Positions 8,690-17,654 of a stretch of DNA of 64,000 nucleotides are shown here, in pieces. How positions within the stretch are numbered: position 1 is the first letter of the stretch; every line of letters begins with the position of its first letter. This DNA comes from an uncultured virus (IMG/VR IMGVR_UViG_3300031565_000011) (lineage: Duplodnaviria; Heunggongvirae; Uroviricota; Caudoviricetes). The translations under genes and the position numbers were made by a program. The notes beneath the pieces are model-generated. The model saw only the letters and a program-made list of their open reading frames with translations. It ran no database searches and was not told the DNA's origin. Location of the stretch: the IMG/VR virus record IMGVR_UViG_3300031565_000011; one strand, given 5' to 3'.

Positions 8690-9602
8690 CTGTACCTCCG
8701 TATTTTTTTAACAACAAATCCTTAAACTTCTTTTCATATTTATATGCATCTTGATAAGTCTTTTTATGACACCTTAAACATAAGGTTATGCCATTATCCA
8801 AATCATGCCTATGATTTGGATACTTTGCCTTAGGTTTAATATGATGGGCCTCTACATATTTTTTTTTGCCACAAACAAGACATGTATATAAATCTCTGAA
8901 TAAAATTTGGTCTCTCCATCTTATATCATCCCAAACTATTCTTTTTCTATCTTTTATTCTTTTTAAGTCTCCATCGCCACCTTTAGATATGCTGATTTTT
9001 ATTTTTGTTTTATCAGAATGCTTACATCCTGTATGCCCATCAAAATTTCTTTCCTTAGCGCTTTTAGAAAGGTTCTTTTTATGCTCTTCTGTAAGTCTTT
9101 TGCCCTTCTTTTTATCACTTACCTTTTTTACAGAACTATTAGTTTCCTTGGTTAGTCCCTTATTCCAAGGATCTTTATTATACATAGGATTGTTTTTACC
9201 TAATCTATTACTTGCCATTGTTTTTATTATATTGTTATTATGTTTATTTTTACCTTTATTCCAAACATATGATTTACCAAACTTTCCAAATCTAATATAC
9301 CCACAACAACTATAAGTTAAATATTCACCCGTTATTAAGCATCTTGGAACATCATAGTATTCATCTAAAACTTCAAGTATATTTTTACCATACTTTTCTT
9401 GATAGTAGACGTCTGCAATTTCTGAAATATAAAATACTTTTTTTATAGGACGTTGCATTTTAAGGCGTTTTTTATATCTTTCTGTAGGTATCTTTTTCCA
9501 TGTATAATAATCTTTCTCAAAATTGGCATATAAAACTATAGTTTTCTTTCCAGAATATAGTACCTCATGGATTCCATATTTATCTAATTTTAATTTTTTC
9601 AT
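8676..9602 (-). mobile_element. Free-standing HNH homing endonuclease with NUMOD3 repeats, between the dnaE halves
   Basis: C-terminal CLVC...EAHHIKP...NGITLCLRCH. NUMOD3-like motifs WNKG, GKNNPMY, LTEEHKKNLS and HSDKTKIKIS. Visibly AT-rich and overlapping both dnaE halves. Confidence 0.9.
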
Positions 9603-12078
9603 GCTTTTCTATTGCTACTCCTAGTGACATCATACCATTTTCAGTTAAAACTTCATGGTCTAAGCTTGCTTCTAAAGTTTTCCCTGATTTAGTTTTAATC
9701 CTATAGACCTTTCTTTTACCATTTTTATGCAAACCTTTCACGCGATTAAACTCGTCTTCTTTTGTTGTTTGATTATAGCATAAAACTTTCTCATCATTTC
9801 GTACATCCATTATTTTAATTTTTCCCCTTTTTTCTGTTCTAATATAATGATTTTCTGTAATACATTTATTAAACGAATATTTAGTAAATTCTTTGATAGT
9901 CTTCCAAAGTTGCGAAGCTGATTCGTGATCCATAACTTTATGACTTCGTCTAAAAAATTCATTTTGAAACTTTATTCGTAAACCTTTATCAGTATCAAAT
10001 ATCTTTTTAGCTGCCATTTTTCTAATATTTTCTGCTTCAACCATTGAATAATTAGCAACTTTATTTAATATCTGTATTACCTGTTCTTGGTAAACCAATA
10101 CTCCTCTAGTTTCTTCAAGTATCTCGTTAATATCATCGTTGTCAATCCCCATTCCTTCCTGTGTTATAAACCTTTGAACTGCGCCACTACCAAGCGGACC
10201 TGGACGATTGATAGCATTAAGCGCGGCTATTTCCTGAAAGTTCTTTGGTCCGACCTTTTTTAATAATGAAATAGCAGAATCAGTCTCAAACTGAAACATC
10301 CCGACCGTATGTCCCAGTCGTGCTTCCTTCATTAGTTTTTTATCAGCAAGGTCGATAGTCCATATCTTCTTAGCAAGGCTTTTACCTGTCGTTTCCTTTA
10401 CTAAATCCAAGGTGTCCGAAATAATCGAGCAGGTATTTAATCCCAGTATATCTAATTTAAGCAGCCCTACTTCGCTCAATTCCCTACCCCTTAGTCCCTC
10501 CGAATAGGCCGAGACCACTTGGCCCTTGACTCTTTGAAGTGGACAATATTTGTAAACTGCCTTTGGAGCTATTATCGTTCCGCATGGATGCACTCCGATA
10601 TTCCTGATAAGACCGGATATTTTCTTTGCCAGGTTTATAAGGCTCCGATGTTCCTTCCAGAAATCTTTAAGTCGCCCCGACAAGTTTTTATATGCATCAT
10701 CTATTCCGCCGCTCTTGTATATTTCATCTGCCAACTCATTTATCGGACGAGCGGCCAGTTTGAAAACCCGGCCAATATCACGAATCGCCCCTACTGATCC
10801 GAATGTCCCAAATGTAATAACTCGAGCGACCTTATCATCGCCATATCTTTGTCGAATATAATTAAACACTCGCTCCCTTTTATTTGCATCGAAGTCAAGA
10901 TCAATGTCCGGCATATCACATCTGCTCTCATTTAAAAAACGTTCAAAGATCAGTCCATGCTCTATCGGATCAACCTTGGTAATCCCGAGGACTAATGAAA
11001 CCAGGGAACCAGCAACAGAGCCCCTGGCTGGACCAACAAATATATTATTCTTCTTACACCAGCTAACCAAGTCATCAACAATTAGAAAATAGTCATGGAA
11101 TTTTAGACGTTCTATTACATCGAGTTCACGTTTTAACCGGTTAGCATATTTCTTCTTTTTCATAAAGCCGAGAACCTTGGCCTTGTAAATAACTTCCGAT
11201 GAAAACTCGAAAGGCTCAAGTCCCATGTCCGGTATGTGAAATTTCCCGGTAGGTATTACCAGTGAACATTTTTCTGCTGCTTCCTCGGCGTTACGAATTA
11301 CCTTCCTAAAAGTCTTTTTATCAAGCGCAGTCTTCCAGTCCTTACTTTGTCGCCATATATCCTGGGCAGTCATAAGAGAAAGACTTCGAGCAGTATACCT
11401 TACTTTATCGACCTGGTCAATTGTCAAACGATCACGGACTGCCAGTATAAAATCCTGGATGTAAACGTCGTCTGGACTTACATAGTGCGAGTCGAGGGTA
11501 AGAATAACCTTGACGCCATGCTTTTTTGCCAACTTCAATAACCATCGGTTTACATTGGCTTGTATATCTATTTCGTTAAGTTGAATCTCAACATAAAAAT
11601 CATCCTCAAACCGATCCTTCCAACGCATTATTTCCCTTGCTGCTTCTTCTTCTCTGCCGAATAGTTTTCCAAGTATTCCCCCCATGCAAGCAGTTGAAAC
11701 AATCAATCCGTCACCGTTTTCAAAAACCATCTTAGTAGTAGTCCTTGGTCGATAATAAAAACCATCGACGTGAGCCTCTGAAACAATCTTAAGTAGATTT
11801 CTATATCCATGAATATTTTTTGCTAATAAAACAATATGCCTATACTCTCCCTTTCTTTCAGGCGAATCATCCAAGTACATTTCGGTCCCGACTATCGGGT
11901 TCACTCCCTGTTTTTTACACTCTAAATAAAATTCCAATGTTCCCGATAAAGTTCCGTGATCCGTAATAGCCAATGAAGACATGTCCAACGTCTTAGCCCT
12001 GGTGATCAACGCTTCTATATCAGCGCAGCCATCCAAAACACTGTGGGTTGTATGCTGATGCAGGTTCGTGAAAGTCAT
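9580..12078 (-). CDS. dnaE: DNA polymerase III alpha N-terminal half (PHP + catalytic core), ending in a 94-aa N-intein
   Basis: LHQHT.HS.LDG, ITDHG, GPARGS, PDIDLD, KLDILGL, GMFQFE, GVLVYQEQ, then YSFNK followed by the intein C1. Confidence 0.96.
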   Translation of the reverse strand: MTFTNLHQHTTHSVLDGCADIEALITRAKTLDMSSLAITDHGTLSGTLEFYLECKKQGVNPIVGTEMYLDDSPERKGEYRHIVLLAKNIHGYRNLLKIVSEAHVDGFYYRPRTTTKMVFENGDGLIVSTACMGGILGKLFGREEEAAREIMRWKDRFEDDFYVEIQLNEIDIQANVNRWLLKLAKKHGVKVILTLDSHYVSPDDVYIQDFILAVRDRLTIDQVDKVRYTARSLSLMTAQDIWRQSKDWKTALDKKTFRKVIRNAEEAAEKCSLVIPTGKFHIPDMGLEPFEFSSEVIYKAKVLGFMKKKKYANRLKRELDVIERLKFHDYFLIVDDLVSWCKKNNIFVGPARGSVAGSLVSLVLGITKVDPIEHGLIFERFLNESRCDMPDIDLDFDANKRERVFNYIRQRYGDDKVARVITFGTFGSVGAIRDIGRVFKLAARPINELADEIYKSGGIDDAYKNLSGRLKDFWKEHRSLINLAKKISGLIRNIGVHPCGTIIAPKAVYKYCPLQRVKGQVVSAYSEGLRGRELSEVGLLKLDILGLNTCSIISDTLDLVKETTGKSLAKKIWTIDLADKKLMKEARLGHTVGMFQFETDSAISLLKKVGPKNFQEIAALNAINRPGPLGSGAVQRFITQEGMGIDNDDINEILEETRGVLVYQEQVIQILNKVANYSMVEAENIRKMAAKKIFDTDKGLRIKFQNEFFRRSHKVMDHESASQLWKTIKEFTKYSFNKCITENHYIRTEKRGKIKIMDVRNDEKVLCYNQTTKEDEFNRVKGLHKNGKRKVYRIKTKSGKTLEASLDHEVLTENGMMSLGVAIEKHEKIKIR
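9583..9864 (-). mobile_element. Split intein N-fragment (IntN)
   Basis: Starts CITENH (block A) and contains G.RKVYRIKTKSGKTLEASLDH (block B), followed by a stop codon. Confidence 0.9.
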
Positions 12079-12079
12079 A

Positions 12080-12316
12080 TTAGTTCCCCTTATCCGTCCG
12101 TCTAATTTTACTTGCGATAAATTTCACTGCTTCTGCCTCATCCTCAGTCTTGATTACATTGATAATAGCCAGGACGTCCTCCAATAAAATATACAGCCTG
12201 TGTTTCGGTTTTTCCCCTTTGGCTACAATGTCGATCTCGTCAAGGGATATCCGCCTAAATATCTGCGGATACCTTTTCATAAGCGATTCACCCGGCATTG
12301 CCCGTCTCCTTTTCAA
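12080..12316 (-). CDS. Hypothetical protein
   Basis: Coupled between the sigma factor and dnaE. Confidence 0.55.
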   Translation of the reverse strand: MKRRRAMPGESLMKRYPQIFRRISLDEIDIVAKGEKPKHRLYILLEDVLAIINVIKTEDEAEAVKFIASKIRRTDKGN

Positions 12317-12902
12317 TGAGAAGTTTTAGAAAAGAATAAATTGCGCGACAGCGTCGATATAAACTCGCCATTGAAACTCCCATTTCCTTTGACAACGTTC
12401 TGAACTTCAAATCAGGATCGCGATATATACTCCAATATATTCGCCAATGCTCCTCTGTCAATCGCTCCTTGAATAATCTAAGAAAATCAACTACTAAGAT
12501 TTCATCAATGAAATCCTTTGTGTCTGGAAAGTCGGCCAGCGAAACGCCTTTGTTAAATTCATATTCGGTAAAAGTAATTGTAGGTAATCCAGTCGGCTCG
12601 TGTTCTGTCTGTCTTATTTTTTTAAGTAGTTGACGAAAACGATTCCGAACAGAAATAGTAGCAAGTGTCTTAAATGATGCCCGCTCAGCATCATACATAG
12701 GAATTACACTTGTCGTTATATGTAAAAATCCCTCCTGCATGAGGTCATCGACAGACATATTAGACATAACGTAGGCATATCGTCTCGATAGATATTCGAC
12801 AGTCGGATATATAGCATAATATATTTTTTCAAAAGTGGGCGGTTTGGCGGTCTTCTGGAAACGAAGAACCGCTCGGTCGAGCGCGGTTGTCTTTCGTTTC
12901 AT
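12288..12902 (-). CDS. Phage RNA polymerase sigma-70 family factor
   Basis: Region 2 DDLMQEG...YD.ERASFKT.A...RN, and a C-terminal HTH (RTLSKEMGVSMASLYR). Confidence 0.8.
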   Translation of the reverse strand: MKRKTTALDRAVLRFQKTAKPPTFEKIYYAIYPTVEYLSRRYAYVMSNMSVDDLMQEGFLHITTSVIPMYDAERASFKTLATISVRNRFRQLLKKIRQTEHEPTGLPTITFTEYEFNKGVSLADFPDTKDFIDEILVVDFLRLFKERLTEEHWRIYWSIYRDPDLKFRTLSKEMGVSMASLYRRCRAIYSFLKLLIEKETGNAG

Positions 12903-12908
12903 TCTTTC

Positions 12909-13532
12909 CTAATCCTCCCAACCAAAAATGTACTTCTCAAAATACTTTACTCCGTAGAAGGCAAAGTAAGTCATTAGTTTCCTTTGTTTCCTTAGTTTGG
13001 CCTTTCTATAATGCCTAACCTGTAGTTCGTGGACAGATGATCGAGCATTCCCCTTTATCTTTTGACATACCCGACATTTCACATAGTGGTGGTTAAATTG
13101 TTCTATAATCGGCGGCTTCAATTTAGGTGGTCGATTTCCCTTAGTCTTTTTTAGAACGTGTATCCGGTCGGGGTGTTTCCTAATTATTCCGTTTGGAATA
13201 AATACCTTACAAGCGGGCCGATTCAAGAAAGTATTTATACAACCCTTTTTGCCTTCCACTCCGAATCGTTTACATGCCCAGCACCGGTAGTCAGCACGAT
13301 GTTCTTTATGTTCATAGCGGGACCCAGGAATCTTCTTGAGGTCAACCGATGCCGGATGAATCCTTGCGAAGTAAAGACCAATGGCGCTCTCTAATTTAAG
13401 ACAATCCCGCCTCAGTTGGTCTGTAAGCTGCTTGAATAACAAAGCGCCAGAAATGCTATCAGTGTCTGCCAGGAATTTCAGAATCCCTATTTTCAGAACC
13501 AGGGTTCTTCCCTGGACAATTAAATGTTTCAT
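12909..13532 (-). CDS. Hypothetical basic protein with CxxC pairs
   Basis: CWAC and CRVC motifs; GGAGG RBS. Confidence 0.6.
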   Translation of the reverse strand: MKHLIVQGRTLVLKIGILKFLADTDSISGALLFKQLTDQLRRDCLKLESAIGLYFARIHPASVDLKKIPGSRYEHKEHRADYRCWACKRFGVEGKKGCINTFLNRPACKVFIPNGIIRKHPDRIHVLKKTKGNRPPKLKPPIIEQFNHHYVKCRVCQKIKGNARSSVHELQVRHYRKAKLRKQRKLMTYFAFYGVKYFEKYIFGWED

Positions 13533-13566
13533 GCTGTCCCTCCAATATATCGGGGGTAATATCCTT

Positions 13567-13956
13567 TTAATTAGGCTCTTCCGTCAACACAAACTTATAG
13601 TCAACCCTGACTCCAACTGCCGACACAGGATATCCCTTTACCCATTTCCAAACCTTAAGTTTCTCGATATATATTTCGCCATCCCAGTATATATTTTTCT
13701 TCTTCCTCAGCTTATCAGACTGGAAAAGATTCTTCTTCTTCCTCTTCGCCGGGATAAGAACTGCGTGCGTATATATCCAGTGAGCTTGTTTAAAATCCTT
13801 GGCCTTTATAATTGCAGGAGTAGTCCCGGCCAAACTCCCGCTTAGGACGAAGAAGGTTGGTAATCCCTGTAGGTCTTTCTTTTTACCCTCCTTGCTCTTT
13901 GGTAAAGGCTCGGCGAATGCGCCACGGCGTACAAGTTTCTTTGGTTTCTTGGTCAT
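13567..13956 (-). CDS. Hypothetical protein
   Basis: Preceded by a TTGAAAGGAATACT leader. Confidence 0.6.
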   Translation of the reverse strand: MTKKPKKLVRRGAFAEPLPKSKEGKKKDLQGLPTFFVLSGSLAGTTPAIIKAKDFKQAHWIYTHAVLIPAKRKKKNLFQSDKLRKKKNIYWDGEIYIEKLKVWKWVKGYPVSAVGVRVDYKFVLTEEPN

Positions 13957-14230
13957 AGTATTCCTTTCAAATTGAATTATTTCCCAAAGTCAAGGATATG
14001 GCGAATTCTGCCGCTTTCCTTGTCATATCTCGCCCCGAATCCGCCCCAAAACCGACCAGGGTATGCTTGAAAGGGAAGCCCAGGGGATTGCTGGGGGATA
14101 TCCCCTGGAATCTCTCCCTCGACGATCCTGGAGTCCCTGGGCGTCTCGATTCTATCCCCGCTCCCCTGGGTTCCTTTCGATATAGGTTGAAGGCCGCCCG
14201 CCCGGATTCCCTGAAAATCAAGGAAGCCAG

Positions 14231-14255
14231 GCGGAGCGGCCTTCGACCGCTCCGC
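14231..14255 (-). terminator. GC-rich hairpin, probable terminator
   Basis: GCGGAGCGG/CCGCTCCGC stem just downstream of the 14295-14843 gene. Confidence 0.55.
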
Positions 14256-14294
14256 TTGTCCAGCCCCGCTGACATGAACCAGACTGGCCGACGA

Positions 14295-14843
14295 TTAGAA
14301 ATCGTCGTCGTCGTCTTTCTCTTCCTCCTCGTCGTCGTCGTCTTCCTCCTCGTCGTCGTCGTCTTCCTCTTCCTCCTCGTCGTCGTCGTCTTCCTCGAAT
14401 TCCTCGTCGTCGTCGTCCTTGGCCTTCTTTTTCTTCCCTTTTCCCTTGGCCGCAGGTTTTTCCTTCTTTGCTTTCTTTCCCTTTTTCTTCTTGGGCGCTT
14501 CCTCTTCCTCCTCCTCTTCTTCTTCCTCCTCGTCGTCGTCGTCGAATTCCTCGTCGACTTCCTTCTTCTCCTTCTTCCCCTTCCCCTTCTTTTTCTTGCC
14601 CTTCCCCTTGGTCTCGTCGCGCTCAGCCTTGGCTTCCTCCCGGAGTACCTTGACCTTATCGTCAGCGATCCGACGAAGCTCCTGCAGTTTCTTCCGAAGT
14701 TCCGAGAGCACCTTCTTGGCGGTCTGTCCCGCCTTGTAATCGCCCTCGAGCAGGTCGGTGATTTGGTCCCGGACGAAGAGCGCTGCCGTTGCGGCTGATC
14801 CCGCCATGGTCAGAAGTTTTGGTCCCTTCTTTGCCTTTGCCAT
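14295..14843 (-). CDS. Helical protein with alternating K-block and D/E-block tail
   Basis: GAAAGGAAG RBS before MAKAKK; low-complexity charged C-terminal half. Confidence 0.75.
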   Translation of the reverse strand: MAKAKKGPKLLTMAGSAATAALFVRDQITDLLEGDYKAGQTAKKVLSELRKKLQELRRIADDKVKVLREEAKAERDETKGKGKKKKGKGKKEKKEVDEEFDDDDEEEEEEEEEEEAPKKKKGKKAKKEKPAAKGKGKKKKAKDDDDEEFEEDDDDEEEEEDDDDEEEDDDDEEEEKDDDDDF

Positions 14844-14919
14844 CGTTCTTTCTTCCTTTCGCGAAAGTCGGTTGAAAAGAAATGTTGTCAACGATAACCC
14901 GACCCCATCGGAGATCGGG

Positions 14920-15210
14920 CTACTGGGACTTCTTGGTTTTCTTCTTCTTTTTCTTGGATTCCCCGTCAGTGTCGTTGTTCTTCTTTTTCTTCCCTCCTTT
15001 CTTTTCTGTCTTCCGTTTCTTCGGCGGCACGAGAAGCTCCAGGGATTTCATTACCAACTCGGTCCCCTTCGCCACGGCGCGCAGATGTTTGCGAATCGAC
15101 GGCGCCACGATTGTCTCCAGGGAAACGAGCCCCTCGATTGCCCCGACCAGCTTCGCCGAGGACTTGTCCAGCAGTTTAACGAGCTTTCCTTTGATTTTCT
15201 TCCGAGCCAT
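14920..15210 (-). CDS. Hypothetical lysine-rich protein
   Basis: GAAGGAG RBS before MARKK. Confidence 0.65.
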   Translation of the reverse strand: MARKKIKGKLVKLLDKSSAKLVGAIEGLVSLETIVAPSIRKHLRAVAKGTELVMKSLELLVPPKKRKTEKKGGKKKKNNDTDGESKKKKKKTKKSQ

Positions 15211-15279
15211 ATCTAGTATCTCCTTCTCGGTAATGGCAACGGAACTGTGATCCATTTGGCAGCTACAAGCGTACCAGGA

Positions 15280-15564
15280 TCATACCCGATCTCCGGGCGC
15301 GAGGTGATCTTCGAACCATGGGATGATCTGTTTGCGAATGACCGACCCAAGCCATTTGATTTCGTGATAGTCCAAGCGCCCGAGCTTGGAAAACTTCCAT
15401 TCGGCGTCGTCGTCTTCGCTGTTCCTTCTTTGTCTGGTTATCTGGATTTTCGGCTGCTTCCCATCGTAGGAGTGAGCAGTCAGCCGAAGCCTGGAAAGAC
15501 CGAATGTTTTCTGTTTGAACTTCTTTAGTTCGTTGTCTTTTTCTGACTTGAACTCGTACGCCAT
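15280..15564 (-). CDS. Small nucleic-acid-binding protein, PC4/PUR-like fold suspected
   Basis: RLRLTAHSYDG..PKIQITR......W.FSKLGRL..E gives a beta-beta-beta-alpha pattern. Confidence 0.5.
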   Translation of the reverse strand: MAYEFKSEKDNELKKFKQKTFGLSRLRLTAHSYDGKQPKIQITRQRRNSEDDDAEWKFSKLGRLDYHEIKWLGSVIRKQIIPWFEDHLAPGDRV

Positions 15565-15583
15565 GGTTCTCCCCCTTTCATCT

Positions 15584-15808
15584 TCACGCCTGGCAGTCCC
15601 AGCAGATAACAACTGGAACCGCCTCTCCCTGAAATATCTTCTCAGCGTTGGTCACTGCTTCCGGTTTTTCTACCGGAACCAAAACTGATCTCCCACAGAC
15701 TCGGCAGGGAAGCATATTGAATCCTGCCCGGTTCATCCTCCTTATAAAATAGAAAATCCAAAGAATAGAAAGTAGCAGAGCCCCTATCGCGATGAGAATG
15801 ATCGCCAT
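15584..15808 (-). CDS. Membrane-anchored zinc-ribbon protein
   Basis: N-terminal TM segment, CRVC...CWDC. Confidence 0.65.
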   Translation of the reverse strand: MAIILIAIGALLLSILWIFYFIRRMNRAGFNMLPCRVCGRSVLVPVEKPEAVTNAEKIFQGEAVPVVICWDCQA

Positions 15809-15856
15809 GGTATCTCCTTTCTATATGGATTGAGATTGTATTATTTATATTTCTAT

Positions 15857-16024
15857 TTAATTGAGTAGAAATCTAATAAGTTTAACTGATCCGGCTATTC
15901 CTATCCCGGTCGCGCAAACAATCAATGCTAAAATACAGAGACCAATAATCGCATACGGCCAGTTGAACTCATCATCATGTGTTTCTAATATCTTATTGAA
16001 AACCTGTCTATCTTCCTAGTCCAT
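15857..16024 (-). pseudogene. Small membrane protein ORF with in-frame TAG at codon 3
   Basis: TTGAAAGGAAAAGAT-ATG GAC TAG, then 52 open codons including a hydrophobic helix. Confidence 0.5.
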
Positions 16025-16054
16025 ATCTTTTCCTTTCAATGTTTTATTCCTATA

Positions 16055-16303
16055 TTACCGCCACAGATATTTGAAAATGCGTCGAAGCGTTGACTGCTTG
16101 TGAGGATCTTTTTCTTCGACTGCAACTTTCTTCGCAGATTCATCCGCGATGATGAAACCTGGAAACGCTTCGTACTTTTCTGTTTCCGCCCACAGAGGTT
16201 CCGTCAGAGGCCGGCAAGATTTGCAAAGCTCCTTTCCCTTGTGCTTTGCCCGTCCTAATTCCTTCCCGCAACCCGCACAGGGTGCCCCATAACTCAGGCC
16301 CAT
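16055..16303 (-). CDS. Hypothetical zinc-finger protein
   Basis: CAGC...CKSC; conserved leader. Confidence 0.65.
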   Translation of the reverse strand: MGLSYGAPCAGCGKELGRAKHKGKELCKSCRPLTEPLWAETEKYEAFPGFIIADESAKKVAVEEKDPHKQSTLRRIFKYLWR

Positions 16304-16334
16304 TTTATTTCCTTTCAAAAAAGAAGAAAAAGGA

Positions 16335-16748
16335 ATTTCGGTTGGCGGATATAGGATATTAAATATGGTTATTCGTCTTCTTCTTCCTCGTCGAAGTCGA
16401 AGGCGGGATCACGGTATCCGTCGGCGTTCTGAAGAAAAAGGAGAACGGCGATAAATTGCTCTGCCCGCTCCATTTCCTTTTTGAATTCCGACTTCTTTTC
16501 AGGCCGCCCTAACCTGTATTTCTTTTTGGCGGCCCACGCCTCGTGCATGAAAGCAGACTCGGCTTTTGCGAGGTCTTTCATATGACGCTCCAGGCCAAGG
16601 CGCAATTCCATCAGGCAGTCTGGCACTCGCGCCATGGAAATGGGTTCGATATCCTTTTTCAGAATCCTCCGTTTCTTGTTTCTTTGTTTTGCTCCTTTTT
16701 GCGCCATAATATCTCCTTTCAATATCCTACAATCCGCCAAACCGAAAT
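16335..16748. repeat. ~27-bp imperfect inverted repeat enclosing one gene
   Basis: 16335-16360 ATTTCGGTTGGCGGATATAGGATATT versus the reverse complement of 16721-16748, ATTTCGGTTTGGCGGATTGTAGGATATT. Confidence 0.85.
16369..16707 (-). CDS. Hypothetical protein
   Basis: TTGAAAGGAGAT leader; acidic C-terminal tip. Confidence 0.7.
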   Translation of the reverse strand: MAQKGAKQRNKKRRILKKDIEPISMARVPDCLMELRLGLERHMKDLAKAESAFMHEAWAAKKKYRLGRPEKKSEFKKEMERAEQFIAVLLFLQNADGYRDPAFDFDEEEEDE

Positions 16749-16749
16749 G

Positions 16750-16790
16750 CTAATAATCCGGCTGCAATTTCTCACAGCCGGATTGATAAT
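16750..16790 (-). terminator. Intergenic hairpin with GAGAAATT apex followed by TTATTAG
   Basis: AATCCGGCTG/CAGCCGGATT stem. Confidence 0.55.
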
Positions 16791-17005
16791 TAATAACCTG
16801 GAACCCGCATCGCCTTCTGTTCCGTCGCCGAAAATACAAGGCGATATTCACACCAATCCTCGCCAGGATCAAGAAATGAAGAACCGAGCATTTCCAGGCA
16901 TTCCGCCCTGTCGATCTCCTCGTCGGAGAAAAAGTCCTTGACAGGCCCCCATAGCGCCTTTTTTATTTTCGCCTTGTCCTTGATGGTTTCGATTAAATGT
17001 GGCAT
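16790..17005 (-). CDS. Hypothetical protein
   Basis: Conserved leader, followed by the hairpin. Confidence 0.65.
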   Translation of the reverse strand: MPHLIETIKDKAKIKKALWGPVKDFFSDEEIDRAECLEMLGSSFLDPGEDWCEYRLVFSATEQKAMRVPGY

Positions 17006-17059
17006 GAATATTCCTTCCAATATATTTTGATATTACCTTGCAACGCACAAGGCAATTAA

Positions 17060-17096
17060 CTAATAACCCGAGGGCAATTTCTCGCCCTCGGGTTAA
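17060..17096 (-). terminator. Intergenic hairpin with GAGAAATT apex followed by TTATTAG
   Basis: TAACCCGAGGGC/GCCCTCGGGTTA stem. Confidence 0.55.
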
Positions 17097-17100
17097 TGGG

Positions 17101-17580
17101 TTACTTATTCCCCTTGCCCCCCTTGCCCGCCAGTCGTTTGATGATCCGGATTACGTTCTGGATTCCGTTCCGAACAGCATCCTTCTCCGCGCAAAGGGCG
17201 TGGACGCGACTCTCCAGGCGGGCGATCTCGCTTTCGATTTCCAGGTTCGCCGCCTCCAGTTTTTTCAGGGCGTCCGTCAGGCGATCGGCGGCCCTTCCGC
17301 GCAGGCGCATCGGCAAGGTTGCAGTTTTCGTCTTGCGGGTTTTCTTTTCCTTAGGCGGTTTCTTGTCCCCTCCCGTCCCGGCAATCCTGTCGTGCAGTTT
17401 TTCGGCAACCCGAAGCTTGCCGAACTTGCGGCGATAGTCGCTGTAGAATTCCGAAGCATCTTCCAAGTGTTTTTCCTTGATGAGGCCCAAGATCATTTTC
17501 CGCAGTTTGCGCCTTTCCTTTCTTTCAGCCTTGTTCAGTTCCGCCGTGTTTTTCTTTTCTGTCTTCTTTATGCGTTTCAT
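17101..17580 (-). CDS. Basic coiled-coil protein
   Basis: Heptad-rich C-terminus; conserved leader. Confidence 0.7.
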   Translation of the reverse strand: MKRIKKTEKKNTAELNKAERKERRKLRKMILGLIKEKHLEDASEFYSDYRRKFGKLRVAEKLHDRIAGTGGDKKPPKEKKTRKTKTATLPMRLRGRAADRLTDALKKLEAANLEIESEIARLESRVHALCAEKDAVRNGIQNVIRIIKRLAGKGGKGNK

Positions 17581-17654
17581 CGGTATTCCCTTTCAGTATA
17601 GGGTTCCTATATTTCGTTTCCTGCGCAACTCACGCAAGAATTAATCGTTCTCTT

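Noticed and set aside
8676..9602. Group I intron carrying the HNH gene
   Set aside because: The HNH ORF overlaps both intein-coding ends, leaving no room for a ribozyme core. IntC has its own ATG and a GGAGG RBS.
13967..14290. tRNA or 102-aa CDS in the GC-rich intergenic block
   Set aside because: No cloverleaf or T-loop consensus was found. The ORF lacks a clear RBS and runs through a terminator-like hairpin.
15857..16024. Genome-wide TAG recoding suggested by the in-frame amber codon
   Set aside because: Conserved genes are intact under the standard code, and several (for example capsid, sheath and tape measure) end at TAG in sensible places.
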